Assembly (NCBI GenBank): GCA_030390025.1
Contig: CM059438.1
Span: forward strand, 57,042,001 to 57,106,000
Direction of reading: 5' to 3'
Length of the DNA: 64,000 bases
From: Squalus acanthias
Taxonomy: Eukaryota
Below the pieces are notes generated by a model. That model searched no databases, was not told the origin of the DNA, and saw only the letters and a list, made by a program, of their open reading frames with translations. Each line of letters starts with the position of its first letter. Position 1 is the stretch's first letter. Of this stretch, positions 59,701 to 64,000 are shown piece after piece. The translations under genes were made by a program, and so were the position numbers.

Positions 59701-62700
59701 TGAGTGTGACAGCAGTGTGTTAATCCACTATAAATGAGTGTGACAGCAGTGTGTTTAATCCACTATAAATGAGTGTGACAGCAGTGTGTTTAATCCCACT
59801 ATAAATGAGTGTGACAGCAGTGTGTTTAATCCCACTATAAATGAGTGTGACAGCAGTGTGTTTAATCCATTATAAATGAGTGTGACAGCAGTGTGTTTAA
59901 TCCCACTATAAATGAGTGTGACAGCAGTGTGTTTAATCCCACTATAAATGAGTGTGACAGCAGTGTGTTTAATCCCACTATAAATGAGTGTGACAGCAGT
60001 GTGTTTAATCCCACTATAATGAGTGTGACAGCAGTGTGTTTAATCCCACTATAAATGAGTGTGACAGCAGTGTGTTTAATCCACTATAAATGAGTGTGAC
60101 AGCAGTGTGTTTAATCCACTATAAATGAGTGTGACAGCAGTGTGTTTAATCCCACTATAAATGAGTGTGACAGCAGTGTGTTTAATCCCACTATAAATGA
60201 GTGTGACAGCAGTGTGTTTAATCCCACTATAAATGAGTGTGACAGCAGTGTGTTTAATCCCACTACAAATGAGTGTGACAGCAGTGTGTTTAATCACTAT
60301 ATAATGAGTGTGACAGCAGTGTGTTTAATCCCAGCTATAAATGAGTGTGACAGCAGTGTGTTTAATCCCACTATAAATGAGTGTGACAGCAGTGTGTTTA
60401 ATCCCACTATAAATGAGTGTGACAGCTAGTGTGTTTAATCCCACTATAAATGAGTGTGACAGCAGTGTGTTTAATCCACTAAAATGAGTGTGACAGCAGT
60501 GTGTTTAATCCCACTATAAATGAGTGTGACAGCAGTGTGTTTAATCCCACTATAAATGAGTGTGACAGCAGTGTGTTTAATCGCCACTATAAATGAGTGT
60601 GACAGCAGTGTGTTTAATCCCACTATAAATGATTGTGACAGCAGTGTGTTTAATCGACTGTAAATGAGTGTGACAGCAGTGTGTTTTAATCGCCACTACA
60701 AATGAGTGTGACAGCAGTGTGTTTAATCCACTATAATGAGTGTGACAGCAGTGTGTTTAATCCCACTATAATGAGTGTGACAGCAGTGTGTTTAATCCCA
60801 GCCTATAAATGAGTGTGACAGCAGTGTGTTTAATCCCACTATAAATGAGTGTGACAGCAGTGTGTTAATCCCCACTATAAATGAGTGTGACAGCAGTGTG
60901 TTTAATCCCACTAAATTGAGTGTGACAGCAGTGTGTTTATTCCCACTATAATGAGTGTGACAGCAGTGTGTTTAATCCCACTATAAATGAGTGTGACAGC
61001 AGTGTGTTTAATCGACTATAAATGAGTGGACAGCAGTGTGTTTAATCCCACTATAAATGAGTGTGACAGCAGTGTGTTTAATCCCACTATAAATGAGTGT
61101 GACAGCAGTGTGTTTAATCCCACTATAAATGAGTGTGACAGCAGTGTGTTTAATCCCACTTTAATGAGTGTGACTGCAGTGTGTTTAATCCACTATAAAT
61201 GAGTGTGACAGCAGTGTGTTTAATCCCACTATAAATGAGTGTGACAGCAGTGTGTTTAATCCCACTATAAATGAGTGTGACAGCAGTGTGTTTAATCGCA
61301 CTATAAATGAGTGTGACAGCAGTGTGTTTAATCCCACGTATAAATGAGTGTGACAGCAGTGTGTTTAATCCCACTATAAATGAGTGTGACAGCAGTGTGT
61401 TTAATCCCACTATAAATGAGTGTGACAGCAGTGTGTTTAATCCCACTATAAATGAGTGTGACAGCAGTGTGTTTAATCCCATATAAATGAGGTGACAGCA
61501 GTGTGCTTTAATACACTATAAATGAGTGTGACAGCAGTGTGATTAATCCCATATAAATGAGTGTGACAGCCAGTGTGTTTAATCCCACTATAAATGAGTG
61601 TGACAGCAGTCTGTTTAATCCCACTATAAATGAGTGTGACAGCAGTGTGTTTAATCCCATTAAAATGAGTGTGACAGCAGGTGTTTTATCCCACTATAAA
61701 TGAGTGGGGACAGCAGTGTGTTTTAATCCCATCATAAATGAGTGTGACAGCAGTGTGTTAATTCCCACTATAAATGAGTGTGACAGCAGTGTGTTTAATC
61801 CACCTATAATGAGGTGACAGCAGTGTGTTTAATCGCACTATAAATGAGTGTGACAGCAGTGTGTTTCATCCCACTTTAAATGAGTGTGACAGCAGTGTGT
61901 TTAATCCCACTATAAATGAGTGTGACAGCAGTGTGTTTAATCGCAACTATAAATGATGTGTGACAGCAGTGTGTTTAATCCCACTATAAATGAGTGGACA
62001 GCAGTGTGTTTAATCCCACTATAAATGAGTGTGACAGCAGTGTGTTTAATCCCACTATAAAATGAGTGTGACAGCAGTGTGTTTAATCCCACTATAAATG
62101 AGTGTGACAGCAGTGTGGTTTAATCCCACTATAAATGAGTGTGACAGCAGTGTGTTTAATCCCACTATAAATGAGTGTGACAGCAGTGTGTTTAATCCCA
62201 CTATAAATGAGTGTGACAGCAGTTGTTTAATCCGACTATAAATGAGTGTGACAGCAGTGTGTTTAATCCCAATATAAATGAGTGTGCCAGCAGTGTGTTT
62301 AATCCCACTATAACTGAGTGTGACAGCAGTGTGTTTAATCCACTATAAATGAGTGTGACAGCAGTGTGTTTAATCCAACTATAATGAGTGTGCAGCAGTG
62401 TGTTTAATCCCACTATAAATGAGTGTGACAGCAGTGTGTTTAATCCCATCTATAAAATGAGTGTGACAGCTGTGTGTTTAATCCCACCTATAAATGAGAG
62501 TGACAGCAGTGTGTTTAATCCCACTATAAATGAGTGTGACAGCTGTGTGTTTAATCCCACTATAAATGAGTGTGACAGCAGTGTGTTTAAATCCCATTAT
62601 AAATGAGTTGTGACAGCAGTGTGTTTAATCCACTATAAATGAGTGAGACAGCAGTGTGTTTAATCCCACTATAAATGAGTGTGACAGCTGTGTGTTTAAT

Positions 62701-64000
62701 CCCAGTATAAATGAGTGTGACAGCAGTGTGTTTAATCCCACTATAAATGAGTGTGACAGCAGTGTGTTTAATCCCACTATAAATGAGTGTGACAGCAGTG
62801 TGTTTAATCCCACTATAAATGAGTGTGACAGCAGTGTGTTTAATCCCACTATAAATGAGTGTGACAGCAGTGTGTTTAATCCCACTATAAATGAGTGTGA
62901 CAGCAGTGTGTTTAATCCCACTATAAATGAGTGTGACAGCAGTGTGTTTAATCCCACTATAAATGAGTGTGACAGCAGTGTGTTTAATCCCACTATAAAT
63001 GAGTGTGACAGCAGTGTGTTTAATCCCACTATAAATGAGTGTGACAGCAGTGTGTTTAATCCCACTATAAATGAGTGTGACAGCAGTGTGTTTAATCCCA
63101 CTATAAATGAGTGTGACAGCAGTGTGTTTAATCCCACTATAAATGAGTGTGACAGCAGTGTGTTTAATCCCACTATAAATGAGTGTGACAGCAGTGTGTT
63201 TAATCCACTATAAATGAGTGTGACAGCAGTGTGTTTAATCCCACTATAAATGAGTGTGACAGCAGTGTGTTTAATCCCACTATAAATGAGTGTGACAGCA
63301 GTGTGTTTAATCCCACTATAAATGAGTGTGACAGCAGTGTGTTTAATCCCACTATAAATGAGTGTGACAGCAGTGTGTTTAATCCCACTATAAATGAGTG
63401 TGACAGCAGTGTGTTTAATCCACTATAAATGAGTGTGACAGCAGTGTGTTTAATCCCACTATAAATGAGTGTGACAGCAGTGTGTTTAATCCCACTATAA
63501 ATGAGTGTGACAGCAGTGTGTTTAATCCCACTATAAATGAGTGTGACAGCAGTGTGTTTAATCAGTATAAATGAGTGTGACAGCTGTGTGTTTAATCCCA
63601 CTATAAATGAGTGTGACAGCAGTGTGTTTAATCCCACTATAAATGAGTGTGACAGCAGTGTGTTTAATCCCACTATAAATGAGTGTGACAGCAGTGTGTT
63701 TAATCCCACTATAAATGAGTGTGACAGCAGTGTGTTTAATCCCACTATAAATGAGTGTGACAGCAGTGTGTTTAATCCCACTATAAATGAGTGTGACAGC
63801 AGTGTGTTTAATCCCACTATAAATGAGTGTGACAGCAGTGTGTTTAATCCCACTATAAATGAGTGTGACAGCAGTGTGTTTAATCCCACTATAAATGAGT
63901 GTGACAGCAGTGTGTTTAATCCCACTATAAATGAGTGTGACAGCAGTGTGTTTAATCCCACTATAAATGAGTGTGACAGCAGTGTGTTTAATCCCACTAT
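38733..64000. repeat. 36-bp satellite array (ATAAATGAGTGTGACAGCAGTGTGTTTAATCCCACT), >25 kb, ~700 monomers, running off the window
   Basis: Directly visible, with higher-order structure in ~39900-45240. Confidence 0.99.
45243..45514. other. Assembly gap (272 N)
   Basis: Run of N inside the satellite. Confidence 1.

Noticed and set aside
38737..63997. Long ORFs (up to 817 aa) of INECDSSVFNPT, IKHTAVTLIYSG and LNTLLSHSFIVG repeats
   Set aside because: The 36-bp monomer is simply stop-free in three frames. ORFs occur on both strands and break at random variants and indels. INECDS looks like an EGF start but lacks the six-cysteine pattern.
38733..64000. CRISPR-like 36-bp repeats
   Set aside because: Units are head-to-tail with no unique spacers, there are no cas genes, and the context is eukaryotic.

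Overview
Repeat-dominated vertebrate genomic DNA, most likely from a cartilaginous fish. That is inferred from the mix of CR1 and L2-type LINEs, a Deu-domain-type tRNA SINE and Penelope remnants. No intact host protein-coding gene could be identified. Main contents: (1) a full-length, young, GC-rich Ty3/Gypsy LTR retrotransposon (9488-13820) with 4-bp TSD GTAT, tRNA-Trp PBS and CHCC-type Gag (CsRn1-like), whose single gag-pol frame is broken by one or two point nonsense codons; (2) a decayed, apparently spliced Mutator-like (MULE/ZSWIM3-like) transposase gene on the minus strand (~17250-23714) with a WRKY/FAR1-like N-terminus, DDE core, SWIM finger and C-terminal PHD finger, carrying a 44/45-bp minisatellite in its coding linker and a 2.5-kb CR1 in its intron; (3) many CR1/L2 fragments and SINEs, a Penelope 3' end with a degenerate hammerhead-ribozyme core, and a putative Harbinger-type MITE; (4) tandem repeats of 38 bp, 44/45 bp, (GT/GAGT)n and 15 bp, plus a >25-kb 36-bp satellite (38733 to window end) with ~1.73-1.8-kb higher-order repeats and an assembly gap. 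The long ORFs inside the tandem repeats are artefacts. All family names come from motif recognition by eye, not from database searches.
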